Below are positions 27,546 through 40,301 of a stretch of DNA of 64,000 nucleotides, in pieces. Every line of letters starts with the position of its first letter. The first letter of the stretch is position 1. Where the stretch lies: the NCBI RefSeq assembly GCF_001194135.2, contig NC_068998.1, positions 15,140,796 through 15,204,795 of the forward strand. Direction: 5' to 3'. The DNA comes from Octopus bimaculoides (lineage: Eukaryota). The translations under genes and the position numbers were made by a program. Below the pieces are notes generated by a model. That model had not been told where the DNA came from, ran no database searches, and saw nothing but the letters and a program-made list of their open reading frames with translations.

Positions 27546-28371
27546 ACCTAATATTTGAATTTACTTCGGTTCTTGTAATTCTTAAAATATAGCATGAAGA
27601 ATATTGCTACATTCGCAATTTTTCTGCATACCTTCGCAAGAAATCAAGAATTAAAAAACTGAAACCTCAAATCGAATCAGTGAACATTGTAAGTTTATGA
27701 TATTAAACTTAGATAATTCTTATACAGATGTATACTTTAAATAGAGATCTATTTTTATGACACAGTTATTCAGAATATTCCCCATAAAGATATGAGGAGC
27801 AGTAATTATAATGATGCTACATAAGAATCTAGAGTTAATTGTTAACACCCTAGAAATTTAATATTTGCCTGTTGGCCACCAACTTTAATACTTGTACTGC
27901 ACATATACTTCATCACTTTTTATACTTCAGATTAATTCAAGATCTTTAATGATCCGCAGACGAAATACTTATCTTGTCATTTCTTCCTGAGAAAGAACGC
28001 TTCTTCAAACGAAATAGAGAAAGATTCTCTTTAGAGACTAACAAGACGCAAAGGTCAAAATCAAAGTGAATCACAGCTATTATTTTGATATGAGAGACTT
28101 AGATTTAGGTACAACACAGACACCACTGATAAATGAATCGATATTATTAATTGAATAATGGCAGATTATCAATATACTCATCATTACTTTATTCCAGATA
28201 GCATTTTGCTCTTTGTTTCGTATGTTCTTTTAAACGAACGAAGACATACAATATGTGTGTCTACGTGTGCGTGGATGTATGTGTGCATATATATNNNNNN
28301 NNNNNNNNNNNNNNNNNNNNNNNNNNNNNNNNNNNNNNNNNNNNNNNNNNNNNNNNNNNNNNNNNNNNNNN

Positions 28372-28436
<65 letters not shown>

Positions 28437-28977
28437 TGTGTGTGTGTTCGATATACAGACAGATATGAGACGAATAGATGAGCTGGCGCGTAATCAAAGA
28501 ACACGAAGAGAGACTGAACTGAAATTAGTAATAGCAACAAATGAATTCCAGCTCTTCTTTAAATCGCATCAAAGATGCTTCAAAAATAAAAGAAGAATAT
28601 AATTGAGTAATTTTCTTCTGTATATCTTCATAGTATTTCTTGTGATTGTCATGACAAAGTATTGTAAGTTCCAAGATAAAATGTTACATCCGACTTATAA
28701 AAGACTACATATAATGAAAATTATCTATCAACAACACCTCTATCGTGATTGCAATTCTCGGAACCGCAGCAGACACGTTTATTTTCCTAATGTTAATATT
28801 GTAAGTGCTGGCGCAAGGCCACAAGAAAGGATATATTACATTTGACACAACAAAAGATTGATAGCTCATTTTATCGATCCCACAGAGATGAAAGACAAAG
28901 TTTACCGTCTTAAGATTTGAACATAGAAAAGAAGTTAAACGGAACTTAATACTGCAATATGCTTGTTTATACAGAAA

Positions 28978-29110
28978 ATGCGCGCGGCTTAATAGTTATG
29001 GTGTTCGGCTTACGTTCAAAAGACTGTGATTTCAATTCCTGGATTGTGCAATGCGCCGTCTCTTTGTGCTAGGCATTTCGTGGAACGTTGCTCCAATCAG
29101 CTCTGCTGTA
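28978..29110 (+). mobile_element. Diverged SINE family C head
   Basis: GCGCGGCTTAATAGTTATGGTGTTCGGCT..TTCAATTCCTGGA..GGAACGTTGCTCCA. Confidence 0.55.
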
Positions 29111-29133
29111 GTACTGTACCGACCGATTTCTTG

Positions 29134-29216
<83 letters not shown>

Positions 29217-30799
29217 CTGTCACATCATGGATGTTCTGCTGAGTCAAATGTGAAGAGAAAGTGTCTTTATCTACTTAATATCACATAGTCACCTAAAGCA
29301 ATTATGCAATGAGCAAAAGCACGGTGTCTGCTACGAAACTATACTTCCTAGTAAGTGACGGTTTGTTACACTGTTTCTCCACCATCCTCTCTTGTATTAA
29401 TATACAGGCATCGTATATAAGCTGAATAGATAAGGTGTGTGATTACTAGCTGATGGTTGTTCACAATCGTACTCTGAAATTGGTATGGTCAGTACCAAAC
29501 ATTTTCTGGTTTTGATCTATTTTTAAGGAAAAGAAATGGAAAAGGCTACTTGCCTATTATTGACAACCAATAATTTATGTACAAAATGATTAATAAAATT
29601 ATTACATTCGTGAGACGACTGCAGTAGTTGGTTAGCGGATTTACGGAACAGCTATCACTACCTCATGGAGAAAAAACGGGCAAGGAGTTGAACCAAAGAT
29701 TAATTGTTTTATGTATTAATTGGTTGTCGACAATAGGAAAGTAACTGGAAAAGATCAAAACAAATGTATATTACTGAAAGTTCAATTATATTGAGATTTT
29801 ATAAAATAAGTAAAGAAGAAATAGAAAAAGGTGGAATAAAAAGGGAAATTTGCAATTTCTCTCGTGGTGTGTGCAGTCCTTTTTTTCAAATTCAGTCTCA
29901 GTGCACTGGTCTCTTCACCTTTTACGGCTTGTTGGGATATTTTGTGTTCAATCTTTTAGTATAGATATTTTTTTACGAAAAAGGATCTAATTTTTTGTAA
30001 CCTATCTTCTCTTGAAAAGAGGGAACCAGACACACACACGCATACTCACACACACACGCATACTCACACACATACTTTCTATATGTGTTTGTGTGTATGT
30101 GTGTGTCTCTTTATGTATGTATGTATGCATGTATGTATGTCTGTATGTATGTATGTATGTATATATGTACATAATTCTGTAATAGAAATCATTACCAAAT
30201 TAATTACTTGAAGAATGTTTTTAATTCGCCTGTAAATTCTATCAAAGTTAGGTTTAGGTACACCAGAACTAAATAGCACGTTAGTCGAAGACACTCAATA
30301 CATTCTTATTCATGTAAGACGGCAAGATATAATATGGAAGATTTTTACTGCTATTTCAAGTGAGTGACTAATAGCGCAGAGGTAATCGAGTACTAGAAGG
30401 GCTATTTCGCTGGACTCATTTCATCTTCCGCCATCGGACCGGACCGGACGTTGACAGGCTACCTTCGCTGTGTTTATTGAAACCTCGTCTCTCCTAAGGC
30501 GGTTTTCGGGTGGCTGGCTCTAGGTTTGCAAGCTCAGCAGAAAAGGAGGCGTTCGGAGAGATGTAAAAAAAAATTAAAAAATAGAGGGATGAAAGTATAA
30601 AGAGGTGAGATAAAAGAAAACGACAAACAATGATAGCTGGGAAAGGAAGGGGGAAAGAATAAGGAAAAGCGGTGCCGGGGAAGAGTTTGAACGAAATTGT
30701 ACAGCAAGAAATCCATGTATTTGCTAGTGAGAAGTTTAAGCGGGAAAGAGAGAGAGATTGAGAGTGGAGATAGAATTCGAGGAAGATGAGGAAGAGGTG

Positions 30800-31210
30800 G
30801 CTGCGTTGAAGAAACACCTTGTAGTATTTTTCATAGCTCTTTTCATTCTAAGTTCAAATCCCACCGAGATCAATTTTTGTCTTTCATCACTCCGAAACTG
30901 ATGCAATAAAGTACCAGTCACGTACTTGGGTAGATGGTATCGACCAAACTCGCTCCCCTCAAGACTGCTGGTTTTATTCATAAATTAGAAACCATTGTCA
31001 TAGCCAGATGATTGGCAGACTCGTTACAGAGCTGGAAAAATACGCCGCGGAATTTTTTCCGGCTCTTTGCTATCTAAGTTCGAATACCAATAAGACTAAC
31101 TTTTCATCACTCCAGGGCCGATAAAATAAAATACCAGTCAAGTACTGGGGCTGATGATACACTAACACCTTCCCTTGAAAACATCTGGTAATGTGCCTTA
31201 ATTAGAAACA
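30800..31210 (+). mobile_element. Two head-to-tail diverged SINE family A copies
   Basis: The core motif occurs at about 30880 and about 31100. Confidence 0.75.
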
Positions 31211-32356
31211 ACTATTATTCGTTTGATAACCCAAAAGATTTCATACGCTTATGCATACCAGTAAGTGTCCGAGTTGGAAACACTGATAAGTACCAGCAAG
31301 ACTACATTTCAAGAAGTAATTAAAAGGAAACAAATGCTTAATTTTCCTCAAACGTTCAATTAATTCTCCAGCTTTAATCTCTATACTTTGACTTTGGTTA
31401 TATAACATTTCAACTGATTGAAAAGCATTTCGGTAGCTTTTAAGGGTTCATTAAATTTATCTGATTGAGAGAATAACTACAACACAAAATGAAGAGTCGT
31501 TGATCATTAGAACAATACGGTTAAAATCTGAAATCCAAGGATAATCGTGTCTTTATCGACACTCTGCAAAAAGCTATATTCCAAAACAAACCGCATTTAC
31601 CCACTCTTCATAAAGATTGAGATTAGTGACATACAACGTACGATTCTGGGTGAAATTATTGTAATTTTTGCTCCAGAATTACAAAATTTTATTGTATGTA
31701 TGTGTATACATGCAGGCGTGCATGTTTGAGTATGCATGTCATGTATGTATATGTATGCGTGAAATTGTATTTGTACATCCGCCGTTCTATTAATATTTTA
31801 CTTCACCTTCTCTGAAATCCAGAAATGCAGACAAAAATCGATAAGCGACAATACTTGTTCACCTAAATGAGACAACTATTGTGACACTTTAGAATCTGAA
31901 ATTCTCGTTTCGTTTCCATATGTCAATAATCGTTCTGAAATATGAAACAATAAATAATAGATAATTCTGGTCGAACTTCGTCAAACCTAACTTTTAACAA
32001 TTGGTGTTCACCTTATGTTGCTTTAAAAACATTATAGGAACGTATACGAACCTATGGCACGAGTATATATTTTACAGGATTACAATTAGTAATCGATTTA
32101 TTGCAGACGTAATGTTTGCATCAGCTGCAAGGTGAAATTATATTGCAGTGACCGTTGTTTTATTGGTCTTGTTCCAGAATGGAATGTCAATTTTTATTAC
32201 ACTTGCATATTATTCCTGATTATTTGGTATAATAATCTGCACTATTCTTTATTTATAGAACTAACTATTCGGCCCTCGGCACTTTTGTTCATATAATGAA
32301 TGCGCGCGTGTGTGTGTGTGTCTGTGTATGCATGTATGCATGTATGCATGTAGGTA

Positions 32357-32416
<60 letters not shown>

Positions 32417-32714
32417 TATATAAACTTTATTTAAATATATATATATATATGTGCATCACATTTTCTCGGTTCGGATTATGGTTGTTTTCAAATTTTATAT
32501 ATGATAATTCGTGTTCTTAGGATATTATATAGTACTATGGTATATACGCCTCCTCAGCAGCTTCTTAACAATGTACTGTCGGCAATACAGTTTGGTTTTT
32601 TTTCCTTTCTTCGCAACTAATCTCAATAAAGTCCCTAGAAAGTTAGGCAACTAGCATAATACGTAGATGTTCTATTAGTTTAATGCTTAAATATATACAA
32701 ACATATGTACACGT

Positions 32715-32759
<45 letters not shown>

Positions 32760-32779
32760 CGTACGTGTACCTTTTGAAA

Positions 32780-33010
32780 ATCCTTGCGTATTGGGCAGTG
32801 TGGCCGTCGTCCAGCCGACAGACTTACTGAACATCTACGAGGTGTCCCTTTCCAGAAAGAATACTCCTCATGCCTGCCATCTCTGCTCAAATAACCGCTT
32901 CGCCCAAAAACACATGGTGTTTGGTCTGGCCTTACATCATGGATCTACTACGAATAGTCTTCGCAAAGATCACCGAAACACTTTCTTATTACGAACTTAT
33001 ATACAGTATA
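32780..33010 (+). mobile_element. Penelope-like element GIY-YIG endonuclease remnant
   Basis: RIGQCGRRPADRLTEHLRGV from 32787, then after a frameshift KNTPHACHLCSNNRFAQKHMVFGLALHHGST..LRK. This resembles the YIG.TGRRL.DR..EHLR....PVA.HF....H...M.V.GL pattern of PLE endonucleases. Confidence 0.75.
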
Positions 33011-33133
33011 ATAATATATATATGTATGCATGTATGCATGCATGTATATGTTGGTCAGTAGTTCATATATCCGAAGAGAAGCACACTTTAAAACATTAGA
33101 GCAATAATATTCAGATGGTTGCTTATTATGGCC

Positions 33134-33207
33134 GGTCAGAGAGTGACCGTTGGTTTCGCACCTATAAAGCACTTAACTATATAAGCGACTCGTCAAACTC
33201 GTGGTCC
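33134..33207 (-). ncRNA. Hammerhead ribozyme-like motif (C3U variant), downstream of the minus-strand PLE endonuclease
   Basis: Minus strand reads GAGT-TTGACGA-GTCGCTTATA...TATAGGTGC-GAAAC-CAACG-GTC-ACTC. Stem I is GAGT/ACTC, stem III is ACC/GGT, and the cleavage triplet is GUC. Confidence 0.62.
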
Positions 33208-33399
33208 GGAGATACATAAGCTCTCTACAGCAAGAGGGAGAAATAGGTCGTGATCAGTTGCATTTTGGAAACAAAAAATTTCGGAATGAAATTCTACTGC
33301 AAATAAACGTGGGCAAGTTGAAGTTAACCCCTTAGATCGGTTCCATTGTATCTAAGACGGGTCAATGTATAATCGACTGCTTTTCCCTAATCGGCAAGC

Positions 33400-33760
33400 G
33401 AAGAATTCCACGTTTTCAACATGAATATCCTCTGATAAAGGCACCAACTAAACACTCCTTTTTTTAGGTTTAAGATTTTCGAGATTCTTGCTCTCTCAGC
33501 CAAACGAAGCTTATATCGTTTACTCCCACTGATGTATGATCCCCGTTATTCTAGGAGCCTCCATTTAATCATGTATGGTGTACCTTCTTTTAAACACCAT
33601 ACGTAGCTGGCCAGGGATGTTATATTGCGCTTCTCTGGTATCCTAAAGGAGGACTTGTGGACTTTAAGACGATACTTGAACGAACCCTTGTAGGTCCGAC
33701 ATATTTCTCTGTCTGTTCCTTTGTGTTGGTGGTGTTACATGGTCGCAGGGTTTTTTAACG
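33400..33760 (-). mobile_element. Penelope-like element GIY-YIG endonuclease remnant (second subfamily)
   Basis: EKYVGPT / GSFKYRLKVHKSSFRIPEKRNITSLASYVWCLKEGTPYMIKWRLLE*RGSYISGSKRYKLRLAER resembles YIG.T..FK.R...HKSSF..E..RN.T.LS.Y.W.LK....Y.IKW..L....Y..GSK.C.LCL.EK. Confidence 0.85.
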
Positions 33761-34424
33761 CCAGCCTGAAATTTTCGTTATCTTTAACGAATTTCCAAAG
33801 ATAAATCCTTCCTTTCTTTTTCTTTCTGTCTTCTTCTCATCTTTTATTGCCTATCTTGTCCTCTTTAAATACATATATAATTATAATAGCAATGTATGAA
33901 ATTTTATTGTCTCTGATCTCTGCAATAATTATATCGCTGACAGCCCTTTAATTTTCGACAGGTCTTCAAATGTACAAAGCGGGTCGATTTAATTCTCTTC
34001 TCCTACCTATGTTTAAAATCACCTAATGACCGCGGATTTTTTTTGATTTTTTCATGATATAATCGTAGTAATTGTAGTATTCATCAATAAGAAAAAGGTG
34101 CTGAAACAGCTGTTGCTAAACTTTAAATGTAAAAACTTTTTATTTTTATTTATATGAATTTTTATGAATTTTTATGAATTTTATATATCTTTATATTTTT
34201 TATATATCTTAGTTTACCTTATATTTCTTGATAATTTTGATTTTTTTCAAATTTCTATATCTGAACACATTTCTTTTTATGTTCTAAGTAACTTTTAATT
34301 ATTTACCTTATCTTTAATATTTAATATTTCTTATCGTTACCCTCCCCTAATTGTTGCACATGATCTAAATTCTTTTTACTTTTATTCTTATTGTTATCTC
34401 TTTTATATAAACTTTATATATCCT

Positions 34425-34622
34425 CGTTAGCACACCGGGCGAAATGCTTAGCGGTATTTCGTCTGTCTTTACGGTCTAAGTTCAAATTCCGCCGAGGTCG
34501 ACTTTGCCTTTCATCCTTTCGGGGTCGATAAATTAAGTACCAGTTGCGTACTGGGGTCGATCTAATCGACTGGCCCCCTCCCCCATAATTTCGGGCTTTG
34601 TGCATAGAGTAGAAAAGAATAT
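34425..34622 (+). mobile_element. SINE family A, near-consensus
   Basis: Full core is present. Confidence 0.9.
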
Positions 34623-35219
34623 ACTAGAAAATGATAATCAGTTTAAATAATCGTAATAGCCATCATGTAAAAACAATACATATAAAATGTACAATGGATT
34701 GGCAATTAATTAGTTTAATTAACCTTAGTAACCTATGTTTATAAAATATGTTATAAATTGGTAATTAAGACAGTTTAATCAATCTTAATAGTTATCCCTC
34801 ATGAACAATGTTTAATGTATATATTGTGTATAATCTAAGAGAGTTATACTCTTAAAGTAAGTTGTATATTCTAGCAGAGGTGAAGGTGGGATATGGTCGA
34901 CTATACATCGCCAAGTCTCGGACAAGTTTACCTCCCACACATACGCACATATAAATATACATAAATATAAATACATATATATATATATATACATAATGAT
35001 ACTCTCGTGTATCTCCTGTTTCCATCACTTGCAATGCTTACGTAAGTGCTGACGTAAGAAAAGTCAAACAAACTGCGAAACAAAATATCATCTGAAATCC
35101 TATTAATGCTTCACAAATGTATTGCATTTGAAAAATCACAGAAAACGTCCACCGAGAACACATCATTGATCCACTCACAGACCACGACACATTATTGAAC
35201 CGTGGGGTATGTCGTTAAT

Positions 35220-35450
35220 CTTTTACTTGCTTCAGTCATTGGACTTCGACCTTACTGTAGAACTGCCTTCCTTGAACGATTTAAGCGAACAAATCGACTC
35301 TGGTACTTAGATATCTTTTGTCTAGTATCTATCGATGTCTTTTGTCGAACCGTTCATTTACAAGGACACAAACAAAACTTAAGCCGGTTGTCAAGAGGTG
35401 GTGGTGGACCAACACAAGCACAGATACACACACACACACACGCGCGCGCA
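35220..35450 (-). mobile_element. SINE family B, 3' half
   Basis: TTTTACTTGCTTCAGTCATTGGAC..CAAATCGACTCTGGTACTTA..GAACCGTTCATTTAC..GGTTGTCAAG. Confidence 0.75.
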
Positions 35451-36263
35451 TACACACACATAATTTTATGCGCACAGGCGTATAAATGCGAGAACTTTCC
35501 ACTTATCCTTCTGACGGAAATATTCAACGTTTCCAGCTCAACGCGATTTTCATATCGTGCATCATACGAGTTGATAATATTGTTGCTATTTGTTATGTAT
35601 AATTATTATGGAGACTGTTTGCGTAATATGCATTATAACATCAACCAGACATCCTTTCTTAGAAACAGCTGTACAGTTATATCTCCAACTTGTAATATGA
35701 ATATGTATACATATAATATATCATATAGATAAATTTTTACCTTCTACATTTGTTGTCTTTTTCTCTTTTGTTAATCTTTCAAGCTATGTGTTAATTTTTA
35801 AATTACTCTTGATCTGCTGGACATACTCCGATTAGGAAGTTGGAATTTAAGAATATGACCAGTCCGTTAAGCACTGACGCTCTGCTTAATTATTCTACAA
35901 TTATGCTAACGTCTTCTCACATACTGTACATTTATATCTCGCCAACTATATATCATATTTAATGAATCTACACCGTTGATAGGGTAATCATTGCAGTATT
36001 TGTCCCGAGACAACATCTCTGATGGACGCATTGTGTTAGAGACACAATAAGTATCGAAGATGAGAGACGAAAAATTGCGATTAAGTTCATAATTGTTTCG
36101 CTAGAAATTCATTAACGCCATCAAAACAGGTTACATCATATAACGTAGATTTCCAGTTCTTCAGGTGTTATATAAATTTAAGCAACTATTTCTTCGCTCA
36201 CCAGCTTTCTCCAGTCATATACGTTGATGTGCCTTGCTTCTTATGAATCCATTGACGTAAATA

Positions 36264-36471
36264 TGTGGGGGTTGATGAAAAGTTCCTGGCTTTGGATAAA
36301 ATAAAATGCAGGAGGATCAGTTTATTATGATTTTTTTTTTCAAAATATTCCCCACTCAGATTTATACTTATTGCAGCGGTCCTTCGGTTTTTCTAAGCCC
36401 TGTAAAAGAACTCGGAAGAGCCAGGCCTTTTGGGACACCCTTAAAGCTAGGAACCTTTCAGCAAACCCTTG
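36264..36471. mobile_element. Tc1/mariner-type MITE with TA target-site duplication
   Basis: Termini are TA|TGTGGGGGTTGATGAAAAGTTCCTGGCTTT and AAAGCTAGGAACCTTTCAGCAAACCCTTG|TA; homologous to 38794-39011. Confidence 0.85.
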
Positions 36472-37481
36472 TATACTGAATATGGACGATGTGTAAGTTT
36501 CAATGATAGCAGACGAACTGCCAGTCTTTCGATCGACAGTCCGACACTACACACTATCAGTTGTAGCATTGAATCTACTACATACAATCCGTTTCTCTCA
36601 AATGAATTAATAGAAATCAGTGGAAGGAATGGACATTTTGCAGCCGGTGTATTCTGTCTAGCCGGTTAAATACTGATTAAACAACATACAAAATATACAG
36701 GGGGGAAAAAGTTTATAATCGCTTTGCAAATGGTTCAACGCTCTCAAATCAATAGTATGACAAATAACGATGGATTATTCTTCGTGGTTGGCAACAAAAG
36801 AAACAGATTTATAATCCAAGTAAGGTGGTATTGATCTGATACTTGATCTTTTCGTGTGCTAACATTTGATGTGAAAGCAGTAAAGTCAGGTTGTAATCTG
36901 TGTCTAAAATTCTACACAACAGTTAGGTGTATATAAATTCTTTTACTTATTAATTCTTTTATTGATTTCAGTCATTGAATTGGAATGTGACCATGATAAA
37001 GACACAGCCTTTAAGTTCATTTTTATTCTCTTTGACTGTCCTATTTACCCAAGTAGTTATTTCTGAGTAGCATTTATCGATCCATGTTTATCAAATGGGT
37101 TAGTTAACATCTTGACACAACACCAGCAAACATAAAAAGGGGAACAGATACACACGCATGCATGCATATATATATATATATATAGTATAATGATAAAATC
37201 TATAAAAAAATTTATCGAGTAGCCAGCGTGTAAAACCAATTAAGGAAAAAATTAATACAAAGTATATAATCTTTTCCTTTATATATAAAATACATTATAA
37301 TATCAAGGGCTATTACTATCCGTAAAAGCTACATGCTTTAATGGGACTCTAAAGTCAAACTACTATATATATATATAGATATATATCTTAATTATTAGCA
37401 ACGGAAGCAGTATTAATACCGAATAGCCATGTTTATATTCAATTTAACGGGGATATACTACTTTATGATCGCCATAAAACT

Positions 37482-38064
37482 GCAAATTTAAAAAGGTGAT
37501 CGAAGTGAATAATAAATCACAGAAATATATATAAGGATATTGTTTACAATAATATCAAGCGGTATAGCATGCATAAATAACCATCAAGGTAATACTATAA
37601 GGTAAAAAAACAATTAATAATTAAGGGTGCTACAAGTGGCACCAGCGCGCTAAAAATAGCAGCCAGAAGATAATTACAACCACAAATTTTCACTAATGCA
37701 CATTAATTGAAATCGGGGGAATGAGCAGAAATTCTAAGCCCCCCCCCCCGTACCAATAACGAAAAGAATCGTATATTGATATTATTGTAAACAATAATAA
37801 CCTTATATATATTTTTACAATTTATTATTCACTTCGATCACCTTTTTAAATTTGCCGCGGCATTAAATACAGTCATCGCGCACACTGTTGAGATGGACAA
37901 TTTCTATGACTCTTGGTTCAGTAAGACTCGCTGAGGATAACTGACATTTTCGCAAGGTTTGAAATCGTGACGGTACGGGTGTGTCTGGCTTTTCAATTTA
38001 CGATTCTTTTCGTTATTGATGCGAGGGCTACTTTTAGCGTGCTGGTGCCACTTGTAACACCCTT
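37482..38064. repeat. Head-to-head inverted pair of a circularly permuted repeat unit containing a hammerhead
   Basis: Inverted blocks at 37482-37557 / 37776-37855, 37623-37664 / 38024-38064 and 37754-37773 / 37999-38018. Confidence 0.8.
37926..37980 (+). ncRNA. Type I hammerhead ribozyme candidate with an intact core
   Basis: ACTCG-CTGAGGA-[T AACT...GGTT T]-GAAA-TCG(TGA)CGG-TA-CGGGT. Stem I is 5 bp, stem III is 4 bp with a near-palindromic loop, and GUA cleavage is predicted after 37975. Confidence 0.7.
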
Positions 38065-38304
38065 GATTGTTAATGCAGTTTATTAACTATACGTTTGAAC
38101 GAATTTCAATTACAATTTCATTTGCCTAATCAATGATTTGGTTTGTTTTTCTCCGTTTTCGGTTTTATTGTTGTTGTGTTTGTTTTGTTTTTCATTTTGC
38201 TTTTTGATTTTTGGTATCTTGTCTTTTTTGGTTTTGTTTTTGTTTCTTATTATTATAAGCTCTAATTGAAATTGAATTGAGCCTCTTATTTACGACCCAA
38301 GGAT

Positions 38305-38456
38305 TGTATTTCTTGGCACGGTGGTTAGGAAGCTCGCTTTGCAGCCACGTGGTTTCTGGTTCAATTCCCCTGTGCGGCATTTTTTGTAAATGCGTTCAAC
38401 TATAAGCTCCCGGCCGACCAGTGATTTGTGAGTGAACTTGCTAAACAGAAACTTGA

Positions 38457-38513
<57 letters not shown>

Positions 38514-38730
38514 TGTGTGTGTTTGTGTTTTCTCTCGCCATCGCTTTGACAATAGGTAGTAGATTGGTAACATTCACATAAATTATGAATTAGGAAAAGA
38601 GACCGACAGAATAAGTACCAGGATTTAAAAAAGTAAGTACCTGGATCGATCTGTTCAACTCAAGTCCCCCCCACCCAAGGCAGTACCAACATGGCTGCAG
38701 TCCAATGACTGAAACAAATAAATAATAAAA
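38305..38730 (+). mobile_element. SINE family B with an internal (TG)n(AG)n tract
   Basis: GGTGGTTAGGAAGCTCGC..GGTTCAATTCCCC head, with tail CATGGCTGCAGTCCAATGACTGAAACAAAT. Confidence 0.8.
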
Positions 38731-38793
38731 GAGAGTAATCGTCGATAGACGGTGAATTAGTGAATTAGTGAAGTTGTGAGAGTGTTGGGTATA

Positions 38794-39011
38794 CAAGGGG
38801 GGTACTGAAAAGTTCCTGGCTTTGGGTAAAAGAAAATACAAGAGAATCAGTTAATTATGATTTTATTCAACATATTCCCCTCTCAGATTCATACACTTAT
38901 TGCAGTGGTCCTTAAATTTTTCTAAGCCTTATAAAGGAACTCGGAAGTTTGGGCCTCCAACCAGGCCTTTCGCGACACCCTTAAAGCCAGGAACTTTTCA
39001 GCACCCCTTCG
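38794..39011. mobile_element. Tc1/mariner-type MITE with TA target-site duplication
   Basis: TA|CAAGGGGGGTACTGAAAAGTTCCTGGCTTT ... AAAGCCAGGAACTTTTCAGCACCCCTTCG|TA; TIRs of about 30 bp, no ORF. Confidence 0.92.
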
Positions 39012-39059
39012 TATAATGCTTTGCATTTTTTTTTTTTTTTTTTTTTTTGCTGTCTGTGC

Positions 39060-39250
39060 ATAGAGCTATATCCCGTCGTTCGACTTGGAGTTTCACATTC
39101 GAGAGCTGATAAACTGAATACCAGTCATGTACAGAGGAAGGATGAGAGGCGAAGCCGACTTCGGCAGAATTTGAAATCAGAACATAAAGCCGGACGAAAT
39201 GCCGCTAAGCATTTTGACCGGCGTGCTAATGATTCTGCTAGCTTGATGCC
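39060..39250 (-). mobile_element. SINE family A
   Basis: Reverse-complement core GGATGAGAGGCGAAGCCGACTTCGGCAGAATTTGAAATCAGAAC. Confidence 0.75.
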
Positions 39251-40301
39251 TTTAAAGCTATAAACAATAACGTGTAATTCGGCATTTTCTAATAACAGAG
39301 ATTTTTAACACAATATTTACCCGCTATTATTTATAGCTTTATCTGCTGCTTCGAGATCCGCCGTCCTAAAAAAAATGAATTATGATAAAAACAGTGGCTT
39401 CTGATTTTTTTGTGGTTGGATATGTTAGCTGAAGAATTATGCAGCGTGTAAAAGAATCCCCAAATAGAAAAAAAAGGGGATAACTTTATGGCCGTTTCGT
39501 TTTTAGCTAATATTGAATTTCAACACTCTGACTTGTTAATGGGAACTAGCAATATGTCTGCTACATGAAGGTCCTGCAAACAGATGATCCATTTAGGAGC
39601 CATCTTCGTCTAAATAAATAATCTGAGACAAGATGCTATAGATCGTTTTTCTTCCATCGCCCTGGAAAAATCCCATTCTCTTTCTCTTTTTCTCTCTCTT
39701 TCTCCATCTCTCTCTTTTATTTTCTCTCTAGTTTATCACATTGCTGTAAATAAACACCTCATAGTTCACTGCATAAACTCGAAGAACATTGAATAATGGG
39801 TGAAAGTATCATTAGCTTGCAATGTCGGGCTACAATACAATCATTGATTATATCTGAGACTAATTTTCTTGGCTTACATCTTTGTTTTCTGTTATATCTA
39901 TTTCAGATTCCAGTCCCTCGCCAATTTACTTAGAAAGTCATAAGTTTCCAATTTCATAAATCCTTCAATTGCCTAGAAATTCTAGAATTCCTGCTAATCG
40001 GAGCAATATAACATGCTCGATTTCTGCCAATAGCTTAATGTTAGATGACAGATTGCAGTCAATTAAATCGAGCTCCTAAACCAAGTATCTAAAGGATAAA
40101 ATATTTTGTCAACCTCGAAGGAATGGAAAAGCAACAACGGAATTTGAACTCAGGACGTAAAGAAACGAGGTCAGAAACAGTAAATCAGTTATTTTCGATG
40201 CTCAAAATTTTGCTTAAAATCCTCCCCCTCCCCAAAGCAAATATAAACTTTAGGGTTTAAATAAGCAGCTCAACTCGATTTAACATATACTGAAGCATTT
40301 G

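Noticed and set aside
32790-32815. TGGGCAGTGTGG resembling the miR-34 5' end
   Set aside because: The match ends after the seed region and there is no hairpin. The sequence is better explained as the PLE endonuclease coding remnant.
36455-36670. Minus-strand frame with VGLSIERLAV, reminiscent of a GPCR TM3 motif
   Set aside because: There is no preceding hydrophobic helix pattern or splice sites, and the frame ends inside a MITE.
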